This document shows positions 24,165 through 36,010 of a stretch of DNA of 64,000 nt, in pieces. The notes below the pieces were generated by a model. That model made no database searches, was not told where the DNA came from, and saw only the letters and a list, made by a program, of their open reading frames with translations. The stretch spans positions 46,004,001-46,068,000 of the forward strand of contig OZ296648.1 of assembly GCA_965655095.1 (NCBI GenBank), in the 5' to 3' direction. Position 1 is the first letter of the stretch. Each line of letters starts with the position of its first letter. The translations under genes and the position numbers were made by a program. Source of the DNA: Haplodiscus bocki (lineage: Eukaryota).

Positions 24165-24775
24165 TTATATTCACATTATTTTGGCTCAAAAAAGTATTAA
24201 GTATAGTTATTTGTTCTTGACTAAAATTATCTTTACTTATAACATCACCAAAAATATCTCCCGCCTTAGAACTAGTATTTTTCAAAAGTCCTTTTCTTTT
24301 ATCAATGTAATGATTATAAATCTTCTTCAATTCTTGTGATTCCTTTTCATCAATTTTTTTATCTACCATCGACTGTTTCAAAGTCTTTTCATATGACAAA
24401 GTAATTACTTTTATCCAAACTTTCAATTTTGTAATTTTAATTTTGAAATATATTCATTAGTGATTAAGATGGCAATACTGGTTAATAAAACGGTACTACT
24501 TGAAAAAATATTACCTGCACCAGGATTAATCAAACCCATCTTTGAAGTACCTATTATCGATACTGACCTAATCAAAGTTTCAGTGACATTTAATATTACT
24601 TTCTTTTTATTTAAATTTTTATACTTTTTTTATAATATTCATTATCAATTTTAAGACTCTTTAGAATATTTTCATGATCGTGTTTTTCCGTTTGATTTTC
24701 AAGTTTCTTTTCATCATCTCTCGTTTTTATTTTTAACAGTTCTGTTTCGTTGCTTATATTCGGGTATGTACTCAT
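24165..24775 (-). pseudogene. Polinton hydrophobic-hairpin protein
   Basis: EKHDHE..LKSLKIDNE...GTSKMGLINPGAGNIFSSSTVLLTSIAILITNEYISK...KQSMVDKKIDEKE. Confidence 0.55.
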
Positions 24776-24996
24776 TTATTATTTAGAAATTGTTCTTCTA
24801 ACAAATCCATTGCAACAATCGCTTTCAAGGTGCGTTGTCTATGTATTTTATCCAAAGCAAGGTCTTTTACAATATTTATCTCATCACCTGTATATTTACT
24901 TTGTTTTAACATATCTGGTTCTATTAACGATAGTAATAATATTATCGATCATTCATATCTTATATCTTCAAACAAGTTTGAGAAGTACTGTTCCAT

Positions 24997-25236
24997 TTAT
25001 TTATTCAGAAATCTTTCAATGATTACTTCTTCTTTTTTTATATAGTTAAGGTATTGTTTATATTCTTCTAACAAATTAAATTTAAATTCTAAAGATAGCA
25101 GATTAATAACAATTTTACTAAAACCAACTTCTTTTAATAATTTTTTATTATCTTTAATTGAAAACATTAATGAAACTATTTTTCTATAATCAAGTATTGA
25201 TTCAAACAAATCTTTAAAATAATTAACATTATCCAT
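24997..25236 (-). CDS. Hypothetical Polinton protein (79 aa)
   Basis: Intact ORF; decayed homologue at ~2050-2298(+) (LFESITD*RKIV). Confidence 0.6.
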   Translation of the reverse strand: MDNVNYFKDLFESILDYRKIVSLMFSIKDNKKLLKEVGFSKIVINLLSLEFKFNLLEEYKQYLNYIKKEEVIIERFLNK

Positions 25237-25261
25237 ATAAGACTCACAATTGTATTTGTTT

Positions 25262-26588
25262 TTAATATACAGAATGTGTTAATGTTACCTTACTAAAACA
25301 CATATCAGCATGGGCACTATCTATCTTATCAAATATTAATTTAATACCATAGTTCTCTACAATGAAATCTAAATTTAAAAATGTCCAATCAGTTGAAGTT
25401 TCACTATATTGAGTATTTTTAGCGTTAGCATATTGACTATTCCAAAAGTTATCGTCCAATAACAATTGAATTCTAAAGCGTCCCATTGATTTAGTACCAC
25501 CCGCTGAAAATCTGTTACAATAGAATAGTATATTACTAATTTGAATGATGTCTGTTCGTTCGAAAGAAACAAAAACGTTTTCTCCGTTATTATTTGAACT
25601 TGTCTCTATATACATAAAACTATCATCAATCGATAACAAGCTTTTTGCTCTAGAATCGCCCGTTAGACAGTTTGTCTTGGTTGATTTTATAAAGTTTTGT
25701 ATTTTACCATTGTTCTTTTTATCATTACATTTAATATTCCATCGTTGTGATAGGTATCCTCCTATGTTAGGAGTTTTAAGATTTGTTGTTTCAGTTATTT
25801 GTGTTTTATCATGTTTAGTAAGATTATATGTTTCATTTCCAACAGATACTATGAGATAGTTTTGTAGTGTTTGATTAAATCTTAAAATACTATATTTATC
25901 TAAATCACAATCGATATATTTTTTATTTGCTAATTCATTATCTGAATTGAGATTCCTTTTAACAGTGATACTATCTAAATTTGTTAATTTATTATCGTTG
26001 AAATCATTATTTTGATTATTTTTTACCAAATCTATTTCTTCATTATAAAACGACAATCCCATGTCTCTTCTGTTTCTTTTATTATCACTATGAAATTGAT
26101 CTACATAAGCTTTTGTTATTACTTCATTGTCATTTCCAGCTGGTTAATTCAAAGTAATACTATTTATATTAGTTAAATTAATTTTATTAAAATCGTTATC
26201 TTGATTAATTCTAACTAACGAAGATTCGTCTGCAGTATTATCAACATATAACTTAGCTGTTAAATGAGAATCAATTTGAGGTAAATGATTAACTTGAATA
26301 GATCTTGCGTTGGTAATATTTCTACCATTCAGATCTATATGTGCGGTGTTTTTCAATAGACTTGGATCATTGAATAAATTATCAACATAAAATTTTACTA
26401 CAAGCTTCTCTAATACTAAAAGGATCTGGTAAATTTTTAATTCTGTATTGATTTTTTAAGTCAATGTCTTCTTCTATATTAGATTCTATATAAATAGTTC
26501 TCAGATAAGGTTTTTGTACAAATGGACTAGTATCAATTTTGTTATCAGATTTATTTGAGTTACTATTACCAAATACATTTATCGGCAT
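25262..26588 (-). pseudogene. Putative fibre/spike-like virion protein (three fragments)
   Basis: Repeats ending TAKLYVD, ITKAYVD and ANKKYID, preceded by N-D-F-N-x-x-x-(L/I)-T-N; beta-rich C-terminal domain. Confidence 0.55.
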
Positions 26589-26990
26589 TATTTAGGTTTA
26601 AAAAATACATTTTTGAAAGAGCATCATAATATTTCATCCTTTCAATTAAATAGAAAAGGTACAAACAATATGATCCACATAATTCACAACTTGTTCTTGT
26701 ATTTTATAAATATGATAAGTTATCGGTTTAGGTAATTGATTTAGTAAAAATTTATCAGGCTGGCCACCAAAACTATCATAAAAATAGGAACTGGTATGTT
26801 TTATTATGAAACAGGTCCAATAAGATCCTCCTAAACTTCCGTTATCAATATTTACAAAACCTTTATCTGAATAAATTTTACTATCTCTTGGATTTATAGG
26901 ATAATTATATGTTCTTTGTAATTCAGATTCATTCATAGTATCATTCTTTTTATGTTTTTTCATAAAATCATTGAAACTTAATATTTTCAA
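26588..26990 (-). pseudogene. Adenain-like cysteine protease
   Basis: FVNIDNGSLGGSYWTCF (His replaced by Tyr), FYDSFG, IQ, and after a frameshift ELCGSYCLY. Confidence 0.85.
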
Positions 26991-28247
26991 TTTTTTTTAT
27001 TACTTTAATTTCGATAATCTTATTTCTATCTGAAATCATTTCAATTTGTTTATGTCTAATTAGGATAATAATTAATCTTTCATTGTCAGGATCTTCAAAA
27101 AATTCCTCAAAAATTGTATTTTTTCAGGTGTAATATGATCGACCTGAAATCTGATATCAATTACTTGAATAGGCTAGAAATTTTCCATATCAGTATAAGA
27201 TATTTAAAGACTGAATAATTGCTCGACGACATAATCTCTATAGAATAACTTTGAATCTCTGTATTGATCTAAATTTGAATTTTCTTCAAAATTTGTTGAA
27301 ACACCATCTCTAGGGTAACGAGCTCCATCGATTTCAACAAAAAAAATAGTAACATGGTTTGTGCCAAAAATTCCAAGATTATTAGCTTTATTTGGAACTC
27401 TTACTCTATGCTGAGTTTGAAAAACTCCTATTAGATATATAGGTGAATTAATATGTTGAGCGCTGCCGATATCCAATTGAAGTTCTCTACCATCATTTGA
27501 GATTTTACGTTCGATATACCATGAATCAAAAGTAATAGTGTGATTATTCATAATAGATTCATTAAACATAACTTGAGTTTGAGTATTTAGAACTAATACA
27601 GGCACGCATAGATAAAAATTATTGATTGTTACATTGATATCAGTAGCTTTTGTTGGTAAAATAATATCTTGTAGATTAGCTGTTTTGAACGTGGTATGAA
27701 ACCCTAGATTTTTAGTTATCTTTTCAAAAGTTTTACAAAATCCAAAAAAATGTTCTATTGCTAGTTCTCCTTTGTATTTTCCTTTATTGGCATCTATGTG
27801 ATTGTTAATTAGTATTCGTTTTAAGAGAATAATATCATTGAGTGCGCTTTCACCACTTTTGTCCAAACATGAAGATGAATCACTATCTTTAGATGTTAAT
27901 AAGCGCATGATTGTTTTAACTTGTCCAACAACTTTATTAAGTTCGAGATCTGAACCTCCTGTTGAACTCAGTCTAGCTTCTTTGAAACAATAAGCTAAAG
28001 TGTTATTTATCAATCTTATATTACTAGCGTTAGTAAAAGCACCGGCGGTATCTCGTACTTTTATATCAAATTCAAGGTAAGCATTACTAATCTGATGATA
28101 GTTATTCTCTCCAAAAATGAATTCTACTTTTTGATCTGGATTGTTTAAAATTGCTCCCTGTTGGTGGTATGTTTTTGAATATTCTCTCTTAACGATAGTT
28201 TCATCATATAGTTCATTATATAATAATCGGAAATCTTCTAAACTCAT
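26990..28247 (-). pseudogene. Major capsid protein (double jelly-roll type)
   Basis: 347-aa ORF plus a stop-interrupted tail. NAYLEFDI, RLINNTLAYCFKEARL, VGQVKTIMRLL and VEIDGARYP are typical of Polinton MCPs. Confidence 0.85.
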
Positions 28248-28676
28248 TTATAATGCAAGAAGCCAGTTCCTGATAATAGTTTCTGTTTGAATGTTTGAAG
28301 ATTTGGAAGTAAATTTGATTGAGTTTTTTTAGGTTCTTGTTTAATTTTAGGTTTATGTTTGATAAATTGTAATCTCGATATTATTAATGTCTTCGGCATT
28401 TATTAAGTATTAAATACTTTTAATTGTAAGTATACTCTAGTATATATAATAAATAATATTGTATAATTACACTTGTTCGATTGAATTTGATATACCTGTA
28501 TGAATAAATAATCAAAATAGTATAATAACACGTATTTGAAGATATAATATTCTCATACTTGTATGAATATTCTATTATTATAAAACTTTCATACTTATAC
28601 GTATCACATAAATTTTATAAATGTATAAATACTCTTATCATTGTAAGTAGACTCAAGTGTAAGTACGAATTTAATT

Positions 28677-29447
28677 TTAAGTATCTATATTTTGAATTTC
28701 TTTCGGCGATAAACTGAGTGATATTGATTGACCGTTAAATTATACCAAATTTCCATTTTCATTTTTCAATTTGAAGCAAATGTTTGAAATAACATCTTTG
28801 GTTTCCATCATATACCAAGTAAGTCCTCCAACAAACTTTCCAACAAACTTGTACCCCGGACTGACCGTCATTGTCCAATTGTGAAAAATTCCATTTCTTT
28901 TACCTCTGAAAATCAAACCTTTAGTTATATCAGTTTCGAGAAAAATTTTATCAAATGATAAAATATCAACAAGATTAGGTGATAAAAAACATTCTTGGTA
29001 TAAAATAGTCTCATTAAATCCTAGAAGATTTCTAATACTATCATCGAATACAAAACCGATAATCGCTCCCTGTGGTGAGGTTTCTATAAAACTACCTCAC
29101 GTACTAAAATTTGCTTTTATCGTGAATGGATAATCTGCCTCGGTGTAATGACATTTATCAATAATTATCCTCTTAAGTTCAATTTTTAAACTTCCAATTC
29201 CATAAGCACCTGGTGGTATAGTTTTTTTCTTGAATCAAAATTTATTATTTGAAATTGTCACATTGAAAACATCATTATAACCAGTCAAGAAAGTCACAGT
29301 TATTTTAAATTGGTTATTATTTGTTTGTAATCGTTGAGAAAGATGCTCTTCAAGAGTAGATTTATCCATAACAACTAACATGTGTTCTTCAATTTTAGCT
29401 ATTGTAATAAACGCTATTTGTTCTAATAGTCTATTAGGTACTTTTAA
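28677..29447 (-). pseudogene. Minor capsid protein (penton)
   Basis: FNVTISNNKF, IPPGAYGI, FTIKANFST, SIRNLLGF, VSPGYKF, KNENGNLV*FNG. Confidence 0.8.
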
Positions 29448-29700
29448 TTATTCAGTAGGAAATTTGTTAGGAGCATTTCGATATTGTCGTTGGTTCTGAT
29501 TTTCAACACTTTTATATAATTCATCAATTAAGTAACTTACTTCTGTGAGAGTATCAGTATGGCCAGATAATTTTAATCCTAGTAATACTTCAAGTCTAGT
29601 GTAGATATCAATTATGTTAGAGGCTATGATAATTTTTACTCCTTCTCCTTGTAAATCATTAGAGTTGTCTGTAAGTTCATCGAAAGTTTTGTTTTGACAT
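29448..29700 (-). pseudogene. C-terminal remnant of a conserved Polinton virion-module protein
   Basis: LQGEG...SNIIDIYTRLEVLLGLKLSGHTDTLTEVSYLIDELYK resembles the RL.LL....AG......E...I..EL motif. Fused in frame to the upstream gene. Confidence 0.55.
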
Positions 29701-30246
29701 TTTTCAACTAATGTATGAGAATATTTTCTGATTAAAGGATGGTTTTTACTACGATTTAAAGAGTTTATTAACTGGGGATCTCTATTAACAACAAAATTCA
29801 ATCTTCTTTCAACCATATGCATGGGTTTCTTAATATAGTGTTTGTATGTTATATTACATTCATCGAAGATGAATTTGATAATCATTTGAGTGATTTTATA
29901 AAATTTAAAACCACTTGATTTAAGACAATCAATATAGTATAGTAAAATAACTTTTCATGTTGTTAGCATTTACATTATAAAAATAATCATTTTCTGTATT
30001 TGTTGTGAAATTGTTATCAAATTCAATTTTAAATTCACAATTAAAAAGATGAAAATCAAAATTTTCCTTAAGAGTAGTGTTATAATCAGTTAATATTTTA
30101 TCAAATTCATCTAAATTAACATTAGAGTTAGTATGTTTTTTATATAAGCTTTTATCATTTTTCCTACGTAAAGTAGTTATGTAATTTTTGTATTCAGATT
30201 CATTTTCGATAATCGATCGGTCACATACTGCACAAAGGATGCTCAT
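29700..30246 (-). pseudogene. Hypothetical CxxC accessory gene
   Basis: MSILCAVCDRS...NITYKHYIKKPMHMVERRLN...HPLIRKY. Confidence 0.5.
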
Positions 30247-30258
30247 ATTTAATATTGT

Positions 30259-30435
30259 GAAATTATTTGAAATGACTTTTTAATTAATGTCTCTTACGAA
30301 TTTTTTTTATATGAGTTCTGGATTTCAAACGACTTTTAAAAAAAACCGTTCAATACATAAATTATCACATATATCACAATGTAGTCTATATTCACAATCT
30401 TCACAATAAATAACTTGTTGATTATCACTATTCAT
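30259..30435 (-). pseudogene. Small Zn-finger gene
   Basis: YCEDCEYRLHCDICD..., then after a frameshift LKSRTH. Confidence 0.45.
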
Positions 30436-30744
30436 TTATTTAGATAAAATTTTTTGAAATGATTTATATGATATTATCAAGTCAAAGATGAAGAAGATGA
30501 GAATCATTAAATTGGTATTACGTTTTGTTAAACAGTAAAAGAATGACGAATAATTTTGATGATTTTGTAAATGTAATTAAAAAAGATCCAAAAGTGCGAA
30601 TTAAAATAAACGATATGTTAGATAGATATAATAAATTACCTTAAAAATATCAATCAAAAATAGGATATGATACTTTGATTCAGAATGTTATTCTTAAAGA
30701 ATTAATAATTATGATGGGTACAACGATAGCAGATTTAGATATAG

Positions 30745-31343
30745 AAATGAAAATGAAAATTAGGAGAATAGAAAATTTAGAAAAAAAACCAACTCACAAA
30801 TTTTTGAAAGAGTCCGGTAACCATTTGTATTCAAAGTCCTGTGATGTTGATTCATGAAATTTTCTAATCAATTTACGATAAAGCATTGATTTTGGTTGTT
30901 CTAGATAATGTTTTTGAGTTATGTGTTTTGGATCTGATATAAAAACTATCTGTATTTCGGGAACTTTTCTTGGATCACATTCATAAGAAAGATAAATTGA
31001 TAAAACTCTTTGTAGAAAACCACTAGCTGGTTCTGTTGTCTAGGTTGATTAATGTTCACTTTCAATGTTATAAGTGACATTATTTGATACACCTTTTTTA
31101 CGGTTAAGAGCGGATTCACCTTCAAATAATCTTAAGATAATTTTTACTGAGAAGAAATTGAATTTTTTTTGTATGTTCGATAAAGTATGGGTTAAATATA
31201 TCTTCAAATCTGATTACTTCAACATCCTTCATAACATATCGATTTAATATCAGATTCGAATAATACTTATGTTTCTTTGACTGATTGTGTTTTGTTTTGT
31301 ACCTCTCTTGCAAAAATGTATTACATAATTCACACCTAAACAT
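30745..31343 (-). pseudogene. U1/matrin-like C2H2 Zn-finger gene
   Basis: CELC-x11-H-x5-H in ORF 31122-31343; the reading continues through frameshifts. Confidence 0.5.
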
Positions 31344-31368
31344 TTATTTACATTTTTTTAAATTATAA

Positions 31369-32445
31369 ATGGAAGTGGAAACAGTTGCTGATTGTTTGAA
31401 TATTTTTGATGATGCTATAGTTGAAGGCGTTATTACTATTACAATTTTAGAAAACATTCATAAGTACTTGGTAGAAAGAGAACATAGTTGGTATATCGAG
31501 GAGAAAATTGCTCTAACAAACGTGCTTAGACGAATAAATTAAATAATAGACAACTATAAGGATTTTGCGGAGGATTTAGGAAACGAATATATAGAGTTAA
31601 GGAGACTAATAATGGTTTGGTTATCAGTATGTAATACAAAGCTTGAAATTAACAAACAATAATAATTTTATTTCGCAGAAATTGGGTTATATAAATGATT
31701 GTTACTAGTGAATACATTCACAAAAATCCCGAATTAAATGAAATAAATGATATTATACATGAAACACGAGTAGAACATGATCGAAAAAAAGGAAGTAATT
31801 TAGCAGAAGAGGTTGAGATTAAATTGAATGTTACATTTTTGGAGAAAATAAAAAATAAAACAAAAAATGTTGCAACATAAAATATAAAAAATCAATTATA
31901 GCATCTCAAAATAGATATGAGTTTATTGAAATGAACAAATTAACAGTAATAATAACAACAAAAAGTATTTAAAAAACGTTATGAGCACTTCTATGAAATG
32001 TGACAATATTCTTTTTTTGTGGAGAAACTTTTTCTTGAATATTGCAAACAAGAGAGATTATGTAAATAATTGTTGTAGTAGACCACTTAATAGCTTTGAT
32101 CGACATTGTCATGAATGGTATATATATAATTCTGGTAACAATTTCGATGAATTACCTGATGTTGGTTTCTATTGGTAAGGATTTGTTTTTTTTATATAAA
32201 TGAATACAATAAAAGATATCTTAAATTTTTGTAATGATTCAATCTTTTATGATTATAAAAGTTAATGTATTGTTCAAGAATTAAATCAAGTGTGTAAATG
32301 TATATTTAATAATTTTCATAAAACAACACCTGTTAGTAGAATATTAGTGTCATTATCACTTATGGATGTTATAATTTTTAAAATTAATGATAATGATATT
32401 GAAAATGTTATTGAAATTATTCATGGTTTGAGAGAAAATGTTTAA
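31369..32445 (+). pseudogene. Cluster of small accessory genes on the + strand (starts at 31369, 31695, 32200)
   Basis: Each starts at ATAAATG and gives plausible but interrupted reading frames. Confidence 0.45.
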
Positions 32446-32723
32446 AATATGCTCTCATTCGAGAAGCTGTTAAGAGATAACAATGGTAAATTGATGACTG
32501 AGGATGAAATTTTACCGAAATAAAATTATTAAATGGTTGTAAAAGTAAAAGAAAAATATGAAAAGACTAGATACGTTAAAAATAATGATAAACCTAAAAA
32601 GTAAAATTAACGAGGACAAATAGATGTATTATTATTACAACTGTAAGAAGAATTTAACATTTTTGTGAGTATAATTGCTCGTATTCATATTTTTATATTT
32701 GTAAGTATCTTTATCATGATATT

Positions 32724-32927
32724 TTACTTAAAAGAATAACTTAATTTTGAATAGTTTTTCAAAATCTTTTTGGCTAATTTTAGAGGAGGTTTGGGTAAGG
32801 GTTTTGGGGATAATACCATTTGTATTTTTCCATTTGAAATATCACTTATGAATTGTGTGACTTGATTTTCATTACCTTCATTTTCTAGAAAACTATCACC
32901 TAAACAAAATTTTTTATCTTGTTCCAT
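32724..32927 (-). CDS. Hypothetical 67-aa protein
   Basis: ATAAATG start; Pro/Lys-rich tail. Confidence 0.4.
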   Translation of the reverse strand: MEQDKKFCLGDSFLENEGNENQVTQFISDISNGKIQMVLSPKPLPKPPLKLAKKILKNYSKLSYSFK

Positions 32928-32950
32928 TTATTAAGAATAATTTATTTTAA

Positions 32951-33100
32951 ATGGTTGTAAAAGTAAAAGAAAAAATTGAAAAGACTAGACATGTTGAAAA
33001 CAACGACAAATCTAAAAAATACATTCTACGACCACAAAGAAACGGAAGATATTATGAAAGAATTCTATCTAATAAAAAGAGATCTTATAAGTTTTCTTGA
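32951..33100 (+). CDS. Small basic 49-aa protein, with a truncated paralogue at 32533
   Basis: MVVKVKEKIEKTRHVENNDKSKKYILRPQR... versus MVVKVKEKYEKTRYVKNNDKPKK*. Confidence 0.45.
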   Translation: MVVKVKEKIEKTRHVENNDKSKKYILRPQRNGRYYERILSNKKRSYKFS

Positions 33101-33124
33101 AAGAACAATTTCATTTTCATCTGT

Positions 33125-33356
33125 TTGAGCTAGAACATTCGATCGAGCTAGAACATTTACCCGAACATTTGATCGGGGAGTTGTTCGGCGCGAGAACAAT
33201 CACCTAAATTTTTGTAGACGACTTTTTTCTTATGCAGCTCCAAAAGTGGAATGTGTATGATTTTTTTATTAGTGGAGTGGAAAAAATGATGATGAATTTT
33301 TTATTAGTGAAGAGGAAAATGATGATTAATTTTTTATTAGTGTGGAGGAAAAAAAA
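33125..33356. repeat. Subterminal short repeats of element 2
   Basis: GAGCTAGAACATT x2 plus GAACATT; three ~32-bp ATGA..TTTTTTATTAGTG..G.GGAAAA units. Confidence 0.8.
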
Positions 33357-33372
33357 GCGAGGCGTAGCCGAG

Positions 33373-33512
33373 CAATAATATAAGCGAGAGGCTGACTGGA
33401 AAGAAGCCGGTGAGGAACGAAGTGACGAGCGAGCGTGGATGTTGCCGGATAATATCAGTAGCGCGAGCGATAGCGAGGGTTACTGGTATTATCCGCAATA
33501 TCGTATATTATT
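33373..33512 (-). repeat. Right TIR of element 2
   Basis: Reverse complement of 15414-15553, followed by the TSD GACCAT. Confidence 0.95.
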
Positions 33513-35644
33513 GACCATGCTAAGAAACATGTTTTTCCAACCCGATAAGTTTTTCAACACCATCAGACAAAAAAATGGATGCCCCAATTTGATAATCCGA
33601 CGAGACATTGGAAGATGCAAATTCAGAAAAGTTTCGAAAAGCCCTCCCTCTGTGAATAAATTTTTTTTAAAAAACACAAAGTCCTAACCATTGAAAAACT
33701 TTTTATCCTTCATAAATACCCAAACATTTCCGAAAACAGAATATCAAGTACTTTCTTATTACCCTCTTGCAAGTTCCAAACTTTTTTCGAAAATGTTCAT
33801 ACTGAAAAGTACTAAAATGTGTGTCAAAGCGGACGTTTTAGTGACCAAATCCGGCAATTTTGCTGATATCAGCGAAAAGCAAGTTGTTTCTATCTGTCAG
33901 AAGGACGCAAAAGTGGTCAATTTGTTCAAAAATGGAGTCATGTCACCATGATTTGATTTCTCTATGATTCGTGAGTTACCTCACTAGTCCTGTTTTCGTT
34001 GCTTTTGGACATTCAGACAATATTGAAATTGATTGGAATATCTGAACTACTTATGGTCTGAGAGCTGTTTTCCACGGCGTTTGAATTCCAGCAAATTTAC
34101 TATATGTATGAAGTTTTGATTTGATTTAGCTCCAATGTGGTGATTCATAGATCAAAGCAGTGGATGAGTTATACTTACAAAAAGATTTAAGTGGGAGGTG
34201 GTTTTGCAAAAGTAACGCTGTATGTCGGAAGTTATCACTGAGGTAAATGTGGTTGTACTGGTAACACATCCAATCGGGAGCTAATTCCAATGAGCCTAAT
34301 TGAAGCTGATTACATTTGTTTTCACATTTTGATTTCTAGCGCCATGGTATCAACAAAGAATTTTTCGCATTGCATCATTAAAAATAATACGTCAAAATGT
34401 GGTTTTTTTAGGCGAATTAGTTCTTGACTAAAATGATTTCTACGTGCTTTCATTTCCGTCAAATTTTCAGCGCATTTTTCTAGCACTCATAGGAACATAC
34501 TGTCTGCTCTTGAAAAACATTGAATGTTTCTCACTTTAGGTTCATTTGCAATCACTTTTTAGGGCGCTTTGTGTTTGGCTTTTTAGCAAACAGTATAATG
34601 CACTTGTAACTCATCGTGCATTACGTTTCTTTGTAAATATCATCATTGGATTGCTGTCTGAAGCGAGGCTAGGTGGAGCTCACTTTATTCTATGAATTTT
34701 TATTTTTTTTAGCGTTTTGGATTTCATTTGTGAATTTTTCAGGTAGCAAAAAATCCCAAAAGACCCTCTGCAAAAAAGGTTGGCACTGATGAAACATTGG
34801 GAGAAATTTGCGTGTCTGCAATTCATTCTTTTTCCAAAGATCCAATTTTTTCAAACGTCAGAAATTCTTGTCCTGCGAATAAATTGAGCTACACCGGTGG
34901 CACCAATATGGGTCTTTCTCAACCTTGTCTTTTAGTCAAGATTGTGTAGGTGATGATGATCAAGTGAGTCCTCAAATTTGTCATGATAAAAATTTGGCTG
35001 CTTCAGAGTGAGTCTCTGACACCAACTTTTGTAAAAAAAAATAAAAAAACAAGACGCCCAGTAAAATGCGGGATAATTTTTGCCTTCCAATTTGCCGAGC
35101 AAACATTGAAAGAAAGCGTGTAATTCGAAGCAACAGAAGCCAGAAAATTGTTCAAAAGTTGCCTTAGAACTTGAATAAAGTGAGATTTTTCTCAATTTCT
35201 GCAAAACTAATTTTTTGGCAATAAAACAATTTTTGGTGAAAAGCTACTTTATTAGACTATTTTTTCGAAAAATTTGGAAGAAATTCGAAATAGAAATTTT
35301 CAACGTGCAATTTTGCTTGTCATGCAATTTGCAAATTTCATGTTAGAAAAACCTAAATGTTGATGCAAGACTTTCCTTCCATGTAAAAAATATGGGCAGA
35401 AAATAAAACATTTTATGTAATTGGAAATGTTGAAAATAATATTCAAGCAGTGAAATTAATTTTTTTGTGCATAGTATTTGTTCCAATCGCAATAATGATC
35501 ATTAGAATTACCAAATCCATACGTTTTGCATCTTTTGACAGATGATTCAAATTTGAGAAGTTCAAAGATCACAGAAAAGAAAGTTGAGCGTAAATTTTTT
35601 GAAATTTAAAATAGTTGCACCACGTTTTTGGTTGTGACACGTGT

Positions 35645-36010
35645 CCCTGCGAGTTTCATTTCAGCTCGTGTTGTGGTGGCAGAGATTATTGCGTAGCTGA
35701 CATTATTTCTACCAGCTCTTATCAGAATTGATGCTTTCACCACTGTTTCAATAAGTATCAGCGCTGCTTTAGCAAATTCAGAGCTGATTTTATTTTCTCT
35801 CAAAGTTGTATCTTCAGCGCTGTCACATTGAGTCTGAGGAAATCAGAGTTGCTCATTCGCGATCAGCGCTGGTTTCTTTACTGTTTGAATTTTTAGCGCT
35901 TTTCAGAGATTTTGTGGTACTTTGCCGTACTGAGTCAGCACTCAAACACCATGGGATAGCTTTAATGTCTTCTGATTCAGTGCTGAATTTATCGGAGATT
36001 TTAAACCGGA
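35645..36010. repeat. Degenerate interspersed repeat with TCAGCGCTG/CAGAG motifs
   Basis: TCAGCGCTG at ~35758, 35814 and 35863, plus variants; MITE-like texture. Confidence 0.5.

Larger units (their letters stand above)
15414..33512 (-). mobile_element. Polinton/Maverick element 2, complete TIR to TIR (~18.1 kb including a gap), degenerate
   Basis: TIRs at 15414-15553 and 33373-33512. TSD GACCAT at 15408-15413 and 33513-33518. Remnants of pPolB, integrase, protease, MCP and mCP. Confidence 0.96.
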
